A model generated the notes under the pieces. The model was not told the origin of the DNA. It was given only the letters and a program-made list of their open reading frames with translations, and searched no databases. The translations under genes were made by a program, and so were the position numbers. Below are positions 1 to 12,154 of a DNA stretch of 64,000 nucleotides, piece by piece. The DNA lies in NCBI RefSeq assembly GCF_964194155.1, contig NC_135915.1, forward strand, positions 1,612,001-1,676,000. Reading direction: 5' to 3'. Numbering within the stretch: the stretch's first letter is position 1; the number at the start of each line of letters is the position of its first letter. This stretch comes from Cetorhinus maximus. Lineage: Eukaryota.

Positions 1-1426
1 AGCCAGTACCGTCCAGGGCTATAGACATCGAACTAGGAGGCAGCCGAATGTCGATGAACAGCATTGGATGCTCCCAGATTGGCTTCATCCATATCCATAT
101 CCCACAACACCCCCAAACCCGGCCTCCCACCAGCATCAACAAAAACGGTCGAATCTGGCCTTACCTGTGCCACACATTCCGCCCTCTTGACACTTCAGTA
201 CCACGCCAGGATGTGCCCAGGCCTTCGGGTACATCACTGCCTCATCTGTTATATCTCACAGGCATTGACAAACCTGCGCTGTCACCTGGAAAGCAGCGTG
301 TGTATGAGAGTGCCGTGGGTGATTGGGATTCCCCACATTTCTCTTGGGCTGGGGAAATTATGTTCAGTGGAGAGTCACTCTCCATTGTGACAATACATGT
401 GTTAAAGTAGTGTTGATGCAATATTTTGTCTCTGTGTCCAAAGGAGGGGGTGTTCGACTTCTATCAATTTCAGCATTTCCGCCACTTTTCCTTTAGGAAT
501 TTTTTTTCACGGGTTCCAGTTGGGAACTCACTCTGTGCCGTGGGTGCCTCCGTGTTGCTGAGCAGTGAGTCGTCTTCCTCCATTTGACCTGCATTTCAGT
601 CGGTGGAATGGACGAGACCACACCCGCAGGAAGCGCTAACTCACTAACACCGTCACACGGAGCCGTTTCCTCTGCCTGATATGGGACAGTCACGATGGTG
701 TCAGACACATGCAGACCTCCAACAGGAGACTCCACAACCCCCTAAACCAACAGTGCTTGAGAAACCTTTTTGCTGTGGATTAGCCTGGCCCACCTAACAA
801 AGCTACTCTACCGCACACCAGCCCACTTCTCCAGAGGTGGAGATGTCACGAGTCTCCACAGCAAGTCCCAGTCATCTATCGGAGGACGTTCTTCTTCCAA
901 AGCATCTGAATTTTGATGCCTGTCTTTAACTGCTCTCAGCTTGAATGCAGCCTCCATCCCATTAGCACGAAGCAATCGGCCGCACCTCTTTCAACGTGTG
1001 TGACGCAACCTGGGGAAGCATTTCTGTGTTCCTTCAGTCCAGCACCAGGATGTGCCCCGATCGTTGGGCACGTCTCAGTATCTGACAGAGACATTGAAAA
1101 ACTCCCGAGGCCACCTGGATGGCAGCTTGCCTATTAGCATGTTGTCGGTGAATGGAATCTGTTAAAATCCTATCTATGGTGGGACTATGTGGCACTTGCT
1201 GCCAACGGGTTCCCGTTCAGCTAGGACAACTATAGCAGTGCTGATGAGTTTCCTTCTCGCTGTTACCGAGCAATGGCTGTTGTGGGGCGGCAGTGTGAGG
1301 GTGGGGCTGCGTGGGGGTAGAAGGGGCGGAAGTGTCCCCGCTTCTATTTTCAGTTGTGAATTTATTGTTTTCCTTTAGTGCCTCAGTGTCAGTCACCAGT
1401 GTATACTCTTCCTTCATTTCCCTGGT

Positions 1427-3110
1427 CTTGACCACATAACAACGGAGCAGATAAAGTATTTTGGACAGCAAGTAAAGAAATGGCTCCTCCAATTATTCAA
1501 CCACTGCCTGTCAACACACATGTTACCTAATATTTGGCAAAAGGAACAGGTAATAGCACTATTAAAGCCCAGCAAATATCCCTCAGATCCTAAGAGTTTT
1601 CGGCCAATTTCGCTGCTTTGCCACAACAATAAGCTGTTTGAATGCCTGATACTCAATAGGATAGCACCAACTGTAGATGAGAAGATCATTCCTGAGCAAG
1701 CAGGTTTCCCCCCTGGCAAATCAATAACAAGCCAACTGCTCAACCTCACACAGCATATCGAAAATGGTTTTGAGCAAGGGATGGTAACTTGTGTTGTTTT
1801 TGTAGACCTGTAATCAGCATCCGATACAGTGAACCATAGGCGTCTCCTCTGCAAGTTCCTAGAGATGACAAAAGATATTCACTTAACAGAGCTGTTAGAA
1901 AGCATGCTTCAGAATCGCTGGTTCTATGTTGAACTAGGTGGGTAGAGCAGCAGGTGACGTATTCAGAAGTATGGTCTTCCTCAGGGAAGCGTGCTTGCAC
2001 CGCTGCTGTACAACACCTACACGAATGACCAACATATAGACGGTGTCATACGCCGTCTTGTATTTGCTGATGACTTATGTGCAATTGCCAAAGGCACTGA
2101 TTTTAACACCGTGGAGAAAACACTTTCTGATGACTTGGAGTGACTAAGATCGTAATATGAAGAAAACCACCTTCGCTCAACAAACCCAACAAAGACACAA
2201 GTTTGTGCATTCCACCTCAGAAACCAAGAAGCCTAACGCCAGATTAAAGTAACCTGGTGTGGAGCAACACTGACGCATTCCGAGCACCCTATCTACTTAG
2301 GTGTCACTCTTTATAGATGCCTCACCTTCAAGAACCACATTGAAAAGTCAAGGGCAAAAGTGAGCGCATGAAACAACATCCTGAATAAGCTCACTAACAC
2401 AAAATGGGGAGCAATCTCGAAATCATTGCGAAACAGTGCACTTACTCTTTGTTATTCCCCTGCCAAATACGCCTGCACTGCATAGGAAAGATCGACTCAA
2501 GCTAAGTAGATGGATTCGGTTCTGAATACAAGCTGCCAAGTTATCACATGTTGTTTAAAACCAGCAAACACCAACAGCCTGTATATCCTGGCGTGTATCG
2601 CTCCCCCTGATATAAGAAGAACGGTAGCCAGCAAGAAAGAGCCACTCCGTCAAACATCAGATGGTCATAAACATACACCCAGCTGCTAGAAGTCACGAAG
2701 AGCTTCATTAAAAGTGTTGTTCCATTACAATCAACCCCATCTGAAGCCCGCATTGTATTGTGGAAATACCGGCTCGCCAGTCTCGAAGAAAAACCCAGGG
2801 ATGGAAATTCTCCCGGATGAAAGCCTTCCCCAGGGGCTAATTGCAACTGGGCAACATGGAAGTGCCTTAACAGACTTAGGACTGGAGTAGGTCTTTCAAA
2901 GGTGTCACTAAGCAAATGGAGACATATAACCAGCCCGACAACTTGTGAATGTGGAACTGAGCCACAGGCTACGCAACATCTCCTGCAATGCCTATCTCTA
3001 GAGTAAACCTGCACTGTTGCAGATCTTGCCGATTTCAACAACAAGGCACAAAAATGTGTCCAGTTCTGGCTGGGCCATGTATAGTCTGTCCGTGGACACG
3101 ATTACAAGAA
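1427..3110 (+). mobile_element. 5'-truncated, degenerate Vingi/Ingi-like (I-group) non-LTR retrotransposon: RT plus C-terminal CCHC finger
   Basis: Translation gives RT motifs SFRPISLL, EQAGF, VFVDL*SASDTVNH, GLPQGSVLAPLLYNTYTND and FADD. It ends with WKCLNRLRTGVG and CECGTEPQATQHLLQC, with no RNase H seen. Flanked by TCATTTCCCTGGT (1414-1426) and TCATATCCCTGGT (3111-3123), a 13-bp TSD with 1 mismatch. Confidence 0.75.
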
Positions 3111-3284
3111 TCATATCCCTGGTTTGTTTTTGCAGAGCATGGAGGAGGCCTCGTCTAGAATTGTTTCAAACTCACTGTAGTTTCCTTCTAGAATCAGGTG
3201 GCACCCAGACATTTGGAGAGATTTCTATCGTGTCTCCTGTGTCAGAAAGTCGTTGAGAAACTATTGAGCCCATCCAGCTGGCCG

Positions 3285-4168
3285 CTTGCGGTTGACATGA
3301 AAATTGGGGTGTTGGTAAATATTGAGGAGGACAGCATTAGATCACAAGAGGATATAGAGGGGCTGGTCAGATGGGCTGATAAGTGAAATATTGAATTTAA
3401 TCTGGATAAGTATAAGGTGATGCACTTGGGCAGGACAAACAATGCACGGGAATGCACGATGAATGCAAGGACCCTGGGATGAACCAAGGATCAGAGGGAG
3501 CTTAGTGTGCATGTCCGCGGGGCAGGTAGATAAGTTGGTTAAGGGGGCATATGGGATTCTTGCCTTTATTAGCCAAGCAATATAATATAAGAGCAGGGAG
3601 GTTATGCTGGAACTGTATAAAACACTGGTTAGGCCACAGCTTGAGTATTGCATGCAGTTCTGGAGTTCGCATTGTAGGAAGGATGTGGTTGTAGTGGAGA
3701 AAGTACAGAGAAGATTTAACAGGGTGTGCCTGGGGTTTAGACATTTAGTAATGAAGAGAGATTGGATAGACTGACATTTATTTCCCTGCAGCAGAGGCGA
3801 TTGAGGGGGGCATGACTGATTTGTATAGGATTATGAGGAGCATAGATAGGGTAGACAGGAAGGGACTTTTCAACTTGGTGGAGGGATCAATTACAAGCGG
3901 GCACAGATTTAATGTAAGGGGCTGGAGGTTTATAGCGGATGTGGGCGGTGGGAATCTGGAATTCAGTGCCTGAAAGGGTTCTAGAGACAGAAACCCTCAT
4001 AATATCTTTGAAGTGTTTGGATGTGCACTTGTGATGCCCTGGCATATAAGGCTATGTGCCTAGTGCTGGAAAATGGAATTAGAATTCTCATGTACTTGTT
4101 TGACCGGTGCAGACTCGATGGTTCGAACGTCACTTTCATGTTCTGTAGGCCTCTATGATTTTATGACT
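3285..4168 (+). mobile_element. CR1 LINE 3' fragment (RT C-terminus + 3' UTR)
   Basis: Translation AVDMKIGVLVNIEEDSIRSQEDIEGLVRWADK and LYKTLVRPQLEYCMQFW; CR1-type tail ending CTCTATGATTTTATGA. Confidence 0.85.
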
Positions 4169-4649
4169 TGCATATCCGAAGGTATCGCCATCCCACAGGA
4201 CCATAACACACCTCTTGAAAAGTCACAATGACCTGTTTAACTTGTCAATTGAACCGTGACTATGTCCCTCGGCTCCAGTCCCACAATCCGGCTCCGTGGA
4301 GCGTTTTGTTTCATCTTCTCTCCAACTCCAACTTCAGATCCAGTTACAATAACATGTTTCCTGCACCTGCTGGTAGGAACTTCCATCTTACCAAACTCAA
4401 AGGCTACATGCTGAGCCACCACGGCAATTGAGGCTTTTGCATTGTTGTCATATTGGAACATATTCCACCTTTTCCCTCTTCATTGAGCACCAGTTTTGCC
4501 AACCCATAAACCGTCGGGGAAGTGTGGATGGAAATTATTGTTTCCCAGAACCTTCCATGTCACCAAATGTAAATGACCAATGTCGTCATGATCATGACTG
4601 ACAGTGCGGGGATACAATGTTGACCCACAGTAGTACCTGCCTGCAGAAA

Positions 4650-5885
4650 CAGGCGGCAAACAGAGCCCACAGACACTTGGAGGCAGAGCTTGTGGGCAAC
4701 ACAATCACTGGGAACTGATGCACGGGGGCAAAGAAAGAACACGGTCAACAAATTATCAGAGGCAGGGGAACATGGCGAATGTGGAAGAGAAGAAATCAAC
4801 AACTCCATTCCCTAGGAAATGTCGTTGAGGTTGAAGATACATACGAGAAAGGAACTAGACAACTGAATGACATTTAAAGACGTGACTTTTCCTGGACAGA
4901 AGTAATTTACACAACTACTCAGACCAGGATGTGATGGGAAATACGCTCACAAACATTAATCCAAAGCTTAATGCCAGAGCACAAAGACATGTTAAAACGT
5001 TCAGGCTAAAACCAGGAAATATTTGCTGAAATTTTGAAAGGGAATACTTCCCCGAAGAAAGATGCAATGAAATCCAGGAAACTTACTTTGACGTTCTAAG
5101 GTGGGTCTGATATTTCATAGCTGGGGATGAGCAAAGTGAATGGGCCCAAAAGGAAGTGACGTTAATTGAATTTTATATGCCACTGAAACAGATGGACCTG
5201 CTAACCTGGGGTTGAGCAGTTGTGAAAAGCTGTATCTGATCGCAGCAAATGAAGAAACGAATGAGGCATCACTGTGGATTGAAAATAATACATTCATTGA
5301 AAAAGCGTCCTCCAAGCAGATGAAAGAAAGTTCTGGTCCAATTGGACCCAGAGTGTTCAGATCAGATATGTGAACGCACTGAATATTTTGGGTATCGCAT
5401 GATGATTGACCCAGAGAATATCACAGTTTCATACCCCATGTAAATTACCAATAGAGCTGAAAGGAAGCTTGAAAGTGAGCTCCAAGTGATAGAGAGAAGA
5501 AAATAATTACCCATGTCACCGAGACTAGAGATTGGTAAATTGAAATGCCTTGACAGAGAAGGCAAATGGGCGAGTAAGTATTTGCCTGGATCCCAAACAC
5601 CTAATTCAAAGAATAAAGAGCACTGACTATGTTATTCCAACAGTGCAAGGGACCATGCCAGAACTGGCAGGTGCCAAAGCTTTCAGCAGCTTGATACCAG
5701 ATATGGCGACTAGAACATGAAGCTTGATGAGGAATCTTCACTCCTGAGATCATTCAACACACCCTTTGGGCTGTTCCAATTCCGACATCAATCATTTGCC
5801 CTTAAAGTGAGCACGGATGTGTTGGAGCAGAAATCAGATTCAAACAGGGAATGCAACGGAGCAGTCACCATACCTGATACCCAGC
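4650..5885 (+). mobile_element. Degenerate Ty3/Gypsy (Mag-like) LTR retrotransposon internal remnant: gag knuckle, protease and RT start
   Basis: Broken frames read PCKLPIELK..LESELQVIE, IITHVTE and MPELAGAKAFSS ... MKLDEESSLLRSFNTPFGLFQFRHQSFALKVSTDVLEQK, matching the Gypsy RT pattern TFNTPFGRY.F.RMPFG. KLNARAQ sits at the protease DTGAQ position (~4965). Confidence 0.7.
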
Positions 5886-5896
5886 TCTATGTGTGA

Positions 5897-6350
5897 ATCA
5901 TAGAACGGTTTCATTACATAAGGAGGGCATTCAGCACATCCAGACAGTGAATGTACGCTGCAGGAGCAATCTCACTACTGCCACTTGTCCACCTTTTCCC
6001 CGAAACCCAGCAAATATTTCCCTTCAGCTTCCCGTCCAATTTCCTCTCAGAAACCATGATTAAACTTTGCTCCACCTCTTTCTCGGACAGAACATTCGAG
6101 GCCCCATCTCCTCCCGGAGTTAAAGGGTTTTTTCCCATGTCATTTTTGCTTCTTTGGGAAACAGATTAACCTAATGCCATCTGATTTTCGTCCCTTCTGC
6201 CAACGTGAGGAATAAGTATCTACTCTGTCTCGATCAATCATGATTCAGGTCACATGTACGTGGTCTTGCAAGCTTTTCTTCTCCATGAACAACGCCAGCT
6301 CCTCCAATCCATTCACTTAACGGAGGTACCTCATCGCTGGATCCATTTTC
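5897..6350 (-). mobile_element. Old CR1 LINE 3' fragment (minus)
   Basis: Reverse complement resembles the CR1 3' end (ATCATAGAA tail, gaggccattcagccc-like hairpin, ccttttcccc). Confidence 0.55.
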
Positions 6351-6384
6351 GCCTAATCATCTCTAATCAGTTTGGCCTCCTGAC

Positions 6385-6885
6385 ATAACGAGGGTAATGC
6401 TTGCACTGCAGGCAGTTTAGAGATGCTGATTTCTGTGATGAAGGTGTTGTCTCGGGAACAAATTTTCAGCCCTTTTAACTGGTGCATATTGGAGTTCAGA
6501 GTCGCCTTGGAACAGGTATAATTCTGAGAGACCTTGAACGGGTGGCTGCTGAGAGGATGTTTCCCTTTGTGCCGTAATCAGAACTAGTGGCACAATTTAA
6601 GAATATGAGTCAGGCATTTAAGACGGAGATGATGAGGAATGCCTTGTTTCCCAGATTTATTAATTTCCTTCCCCAGTGAGCATTGGAATCCACGTCATTT
6701 TTTATATAAAATGTTGATTTTTCATTGACAAGGGAAGGGGGGGCAATGGGGGGAGGGTTATGGAAATGGAGCAAACGTTTTTTAGATAAGGGCACAATCT
6801 GATCAGCGAAGACCTTATTGATTGGCGGAGTTGGCTCGAGAGCCCGCGTATTCTTCTACTGCTCCTATTCCTAAAGCCCTTAATC
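6385..6885 (+). mobile_element. Old CR1 LINE 3' fragment
   Basis: Similar to the CR1 tails at 24900-25320 and 37850-38230 (gatgtttccc...tttaagacggagatgatgaggaat...ttgattggcggag). Confidence 0.65.
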
Positions 6886-7214
6886 GCTTTTGATATCTGA
6901 AATCTTTCAACAGGATACGACTAAAACTATCTCACACCACAATTTGTGAGATAAGGGCGGATATAGTGTGGGGAATGGTGAGTAAATCTGTTGTGCAGCA
7001 AGAATGGTTCTTCATGTTGTTGAGTTTAGAAGCTGAAGTTCATGTTTGAAGACATTTCCTCCTGCCTCTGCCATTTACTCCTGCCTCTGCCAACTGAACT
7101 GGGCTTTGGGAAGAGGGAGACTGTGCTTGATGTCATTTCACCTCCTAACTGCGATGTGCCGCTCTAAACTTCCCCTGGCCCTCCTGTGTCTCGCTGGTCC
7201 TCCCAGTGTTAACT

Positions 7215-7937
7215 CTTGACCTGCCGCTTCACCGCCCGCAAACTGGGCGACCGCTTTGCAGAACACCTGCGGTCTGTCCGCAAGAAAGTCCCAAACCTCC
7301 GTGTCACATGCCATTTTAACACTCCACCCTGCTCTCTTGCCCTCATGTCTGTCCTCGGCTTGCTGCATTGTTCCAGTAAAGCCCAACGCAAACTGGAGGA
7401 ACTGCACCTCATCTTACGACTAGACACTTTACAGCCTTCCGGACTGAATATTGAATTAAACAACTTTCGGTCTCCTCCATCCCCACCCTCTTTCCGTTTC
7501 TTCCCCCTCCCTTTTGTTTTTTCCAGTAATTTATATAGATTTTTCTTCTCCCACCTATTTCCATTATTTTAAATCTATAACTGTAATACCCTGTCAGTCT
7601 TTACACCCCTTCCCCACTAGAGCTGTACCTTGAATGTCCTGCCATCCATTCTTAATTAGCACATTCTCTTAGATAATATCACCACATTCAACACCTCTTT
7701 GTTCCTTTTGTCTGTGACATCTTTTGATTATCTGCTCCTAAAGCTGCTTGCTTGTCCCTACAACCACCATCCCCCCAACCTCTCTCCTCCCCACACCCTT
7801 TAACCAGCTTATATTTCACCCCTCTCCTAACTTTACTCAGTTCTGCTGAAGGGTCATGTGAACTCGAAACGTCAACTCTTTTCTTCTCCGCCGATGCTGC
7901 CAGACCTGCTGAGTTTTTCCAGGTAATTCTGTTTTTG
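7215..7937 (+). mobile_element. Penelope-like element 3' portion (GIY-YIG endonuclease C-terminus + pseudo-LTR)
   Basis: ORF 7216-7572 reads LGDRFAEHLRSV...HFNTPPC...RKLEELHLILRLDTLQPSGLNIE. Closely matches 46750-47500 in this window. Confidence 0.85.
7839..7877 (+). ncRNA. Degenerate minimal type I hammerhead ribozyme in Penelope pLTR
   Basis: AGTT-CTGCTGA-A-GGGTC(ATGTG)AACTC-GAAAC-GTC-AACT. Stem I is AGTT/AACT, stem II is present, GAAA is followed by palindromic ACGT. Core position 6 is C rather than A. Confidence 0.55.
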
Positions 7938-8180
7938 TCACCCGCTTCACCGACCGGTGCTCTTTGTCGAACCCCGGACACAGGTCGGCAGCAATGGCCT
8001 CCTGGCTTCAGTGTTTTCTTTAATGCATTTATTTTAAATCGACAAAGAGAAAGGAAGAATCGGCTCTACAGAATGGAGAATGAACTAGAACTCTGACCCG
8101 TCGAGGATGTAAATAATAATAATATTGATAACAATTAAATGAAAAATGAGATCAGCTTCCTGTTAAGCAGGCAATATTGT

Positions 8181-8327
8181 TGCGCATGTGCAGTCGGTTC
8201 ACTCTCCCAGAGTGCAGTGCGGCCCTGCTGACTGATAAAGGGCTTTCTCATCCGCGGGGGATTGTGGGAACAGCGCTCGCCATTGCACTATCACCAATTA
8301 GGACAAGTAGAAATTCTTAAGGTGAGT
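8181..8327 (+). promoter_or_regulatory. Candidate housekeeping-type promoter / first exon
   Basis: NRF1-like TGCGCATGTGCA (8181-8192), ZNF143-like site (reverse complement TTCCCACAATCCCC, 8257-8270), CCAAT (8294-8298), local CpG enrichment and a consensus donor AAG|GTGAGT at 8322. Confidence 0.35.
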
Positions 8328-8489
8328 AATGAGTTAAGTAATTGGGTCAATGAGGAGGCCATTCCGGCATTGGAGTCTGTGCGGCATCCAATAAGATCAT
8401 GGTTGAATTTCTGCATGTAAACACTCACCCTCACTCTCACACGCAGACAAAAATAGACTCATTCCCGCACGCTCGGGATATTAACGTGC

Positions 8490-9427
8490 ATAAAACACAA
8501 ACACAAACAAAAAATACATCCACATAAAACACACAAACTCACACACACATAGACAAACACAGGGTAAGATTGAACAAGTGTGTAACTTTCTGTGTGTGTA
8601 TTAGTGCAATGCAAATATATTACTTTGTATCTGAGAGCCTGTGAGTGTGTGTGTGTGTGTGATGGAGAGAATGCGAGGGGGAGCTTGTGAGACAGTATGA
8701 CTATGACTTTGTCTATTTGTGATTCAGGAAGTATGTGTTTATGTGTGTGTATGAGTGCATTAATAGTGTTTGCGTAGGAGTGTGTCATTTTGAGATTGCG
8801 AAAGTGACTTTGTAATTGTGCGAAAGAGTGCATGATTGTGCGAATGCGTGCCTGTGTATGGTGGGACAGCAGGGTGTGTGATATTTAGAGTGCTTGAGAG
8901 AATGTGTGAATGTGCGTGTGAGTGAGAGTATTAGAGAGTGACAGTGTTTCTGAATGTCTGTTTGCTATTGCCTGTTTATGCACATGAGTGATCTCTGCAA
9001 GAGTTTGTGAGTGAGTGTGATATTTGAATGCGTACAAGTCTGAGAGCTGAGAGGTTTTTGTGAGGCTGTATGAGTAAGTATGTGAATCTGTCTGTGTGCC
9101 TGCTTGTGAGAGATAGAGAGTGAGAGCGTCAATGTGTGTGAGACATTGAGTGTATGATATTCTGACTGCGTGACAGAATGTATGTGTGCATGTTTATGTG
9201 TGTCTGCGTGCATGTGAGTCTGAGTCTGTGTGAGTGAAAGTGTGTGAGTGTGAAAGAGAATGTGTGGCATTGTGACTGTGTGATATTTTATGAGACAGAG
9301 TGAGTGTGTGCTTGAGATTAATGTGTGAGTGCTTCTGTGAATGTGTGTGAGGGAGTCTGTGTCTGTGAGAGAAAAAATGTGGAATACAGAGTGTCCGCCT
9401 GTGTGAGTGTGTGCATGCTATGTGTCT

Positions 9428-9463
<36 letters not shown>

Positions 9464-9920
9464 TGTGGACAGAGTGGGATTCTGTGAGAATGAGATTTCG
9501 TGAAAATGTGTGAGAGAGAATGTGTGTGTGAGTGTGATTGTGGGGAAAATTGTGATTGTACGTCAGTCTATGATATTGTGTGTGTGTGTGTGTGTGCTTT
9601 TGTGAGACAGAGAATGCGTAACATTTTCACAGTGTCAAATTGAGTGAGCTAGGCATTTGAGTGCGTGAGTGAAAACGTGTTTGTGAGTGGGTGTCTGTGA
9701 GTGTGAATGTATGAGGGCCAGTGAGAGTATGATACTGTAACTGATTGCAGGCGAGATACTGCATATGTTTGAGAAAGTGTGTTTGACAATTTAATGGTGT
9801 GAGATCGAATGAATATATATGGCTGCGTGTTATTGTGTGCATGTTTGTGTATGTGCGTGTGTGTGTGTGTGTTTGTGTGTGTAATTGAGTGAGTGTGTGT
9901 TTGTGTATCTGTGTGTGTGT
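8490..9920. repeat. Degenerate (CA)/(TG)/(GA) microsatellite-rich tract
   Basis: Runs of TG and GA dinucleotides seen directly. Confidence 0.9.
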
Positions 9921-10204
9921 GTTGGTTTGGAGAGAAGTCGGGATTGTCCACGCCGGGATTAACGTTCTCATTCATTTTCCTATTTCATGAGCACACTCCC
10001 TATATTCAAGGGGAGAGCCCAGGCTGGGTCTATGCCACCCAGAAGCTTGTGCACACAGGGACGAATCAACATTTGCCCGAGTGCTTGTGAGCCTCGTGTG
10101 AGAAGCCTTCCCTGGATGCTTGTCATTTTCCCTTCACACACACCCCGATTGCAAAGCTTTGCTTTAGCCAAGCGACATACTGGGGGTCCCCTTCAGCTGT
10201 ATAT

Positions 10205-10675
10205 CGCTGGACAGTTCACCTCAGCGATGTGACTGCTGCTGGAGAGGTCATCCGAGCAATGTGACTTTTGCTGCAGAGAACACACGAGCGATGTAACTAC
10301 TGCTGGAGAGACAACCCGAGCTATGTAACTACTGCTGGAGAGACCACCCGAGCTATGTAACTGCTGCTGGAGAGACCACCCGAGCTATGTAACTACTGCT
10401 GGAGAGACCACCCGAGCCATGTAACTACTGCTGGAGAGACCACCCGAGCTATGTAAATTCTGCTGGAGAGAACACCCAAGCGATCTTACTAATGCTGGAG
10501 AGATCACCCGAGCCATGTAACTACTGCTTCAGAGACCACCGAGCTATGTAAATTCTGCTGGAGAGAACACCCAAGTGATGTAACTACTGCTGGCGAGACC
10601 ACGTGAGTGATGTGACTGCTGCTGGGGAGACCAAACGATGAATGCAACAACTGCTGGAGGGTACATTTGAGCGAT
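10205..10675. repeat. 32-bp minisatellite, ~14 copies (ACCCGAGCTATGTAACTACTGCTGGAGAGACC)
   Basis: CTATGTAAC recurs at 10321, 10353 and 10385 (period 32). Central copies are near-identical and edge copies are diverged. Confidence 0.9.
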
Positions 10676-11405
10676 GGCTGATATAATCAGCAGCAGATGG
10701 TGCTCAGGAAAACACCATCCCCAAAGTTCTCAATCGTTCCCAATGTCCATGAGTTCTTCCAGTCCTCCATCCTGTTTAGTCCTGAAAAGTTGGTCCGTGC
10801 ATGTTCTGGACCAGCGAGATTTCACGCTTTCAAGCGCATGGGGGAGGCGTTTGAATCGTCAAAAGTTTAAATTTTGCCAATTAACAAATCGTAAACGGAT
10901 TTAAATTTGAAATTATTATCTAATGCAAACAGTTATTTGGTAAGACGTATTTTATTTCCAAAGTAATGTGATATATGTGCCTTTACTGTTGCAAATTTGT
11001 GAAGATAACATTTGCAGTCCACTTTCTGTGAGCATTAGAATGGAAACCTTTTACGGAATGGGCCGTTTTAAGCTTGACATACCTCAGCGTCTCAGAATGT
11101 CTTAATCCAGTCCTGTAACTGACATTCATAAGACACGTCTTTAACTACTGAAGACCTGGCTATTTCCTTGTATATCTATTCAAAACTTACTGAATTTATA
11201 TTTCATGTCATTGAGCTTATTTCAGAGATGGAAACCGTTAAGCAATTAAGAGGTTTAAGACAGGGCGAAGACGGGATGAAATGGACACAATGAATGTCTG
11301 TGATAAAATGTAGAAAGGAGAATGGAAACTGTAAAACTTTAGTTTTCGAAAAGATGATACACTTTATTCATCAAACATGTTAAGGTGCAGTACATGACTG
11401 TTCCA

Positions 11406-11747
11406 TAATGGCAAAATAATGCGGATGCTGAAAGCCTGTAGCAAAAAAAAGTATGCTTGGAAACTCAGCAGGTCTGACAGCATCTGTGGAGAGAAAGACA
11501 ATATTAGTGCATCGACTCCGCATGACTACTTTTGGGAGCTCTGAAGAAGCTGTGTGAGTTTGAGCCTGCTGTTTGGGAAATGGCTGGAATGACAAACAAC
11601 CACGCTGAGTATACTAAATACTGACGCTCCTACAAAGCTGTGAAGAAGAAAAAGTATGATACATACGGACTCCAACCTTTAACTCAGTCTTTCTCTCCAC
11701 ACATTCTGTCAGACCTGTTGAGTTTTTCCAGCTTTTTTTTGTTTTTT
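11406..11747. mobile_element. Short Penelope-derived insertion made of two inverted pLTR segments, with a 16-bp TSD
   Basis: AAACTCAGCAGGTCTGACAGCATCTGTGGAGAGAAAGAC (~11461) is the reverse complement of GTCTTTCTCTCCACACATTCTGTCAGACCTGTTGAGTTT (~11687). GTACATGACTGTTCCA is duplicated at 11390-11405 and 11748-11763. Confidence 0.7.
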
Positions 11748-11979
11748 GTACATGACTGTTCCACTTTGACTAATAGTGTATTAACGTTCAATCTCTTTTG
11801 ATTGAGAATGCGTTACTTTGATTGTTTTAAACACACTTACAAACTGGTTAGGCTTATAATTATCATTTCACAACAAGCACTGCCTTGTAATGTTTTTACA
11901 CAGAGATCAAATTGATGGAAGAACATTAACAACGTTTTTGCTAAATAAATAAAAAATACAATGTGTACTGGAACAACAA

Positions 11980-12122
11980 TCTCTCTCTCTCACACACACA
12001 CACACAGGAAGACGAACAGGCTGACAGAGACAGGCACCTACAGAAAACAGATTCACCTTCAGCGATCTCCCATTGTAGGATGCTGTCATGTTCACATGGC
12101 ACAGAAATACATTGCGTACATG

Positions 12123-12154
<32 letters not shown>

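Noticed and set aside
10205-10675. CRISPR array candidate (32-bp repeat)
   Set aside because: Head-to-tail units with no unique spacers.
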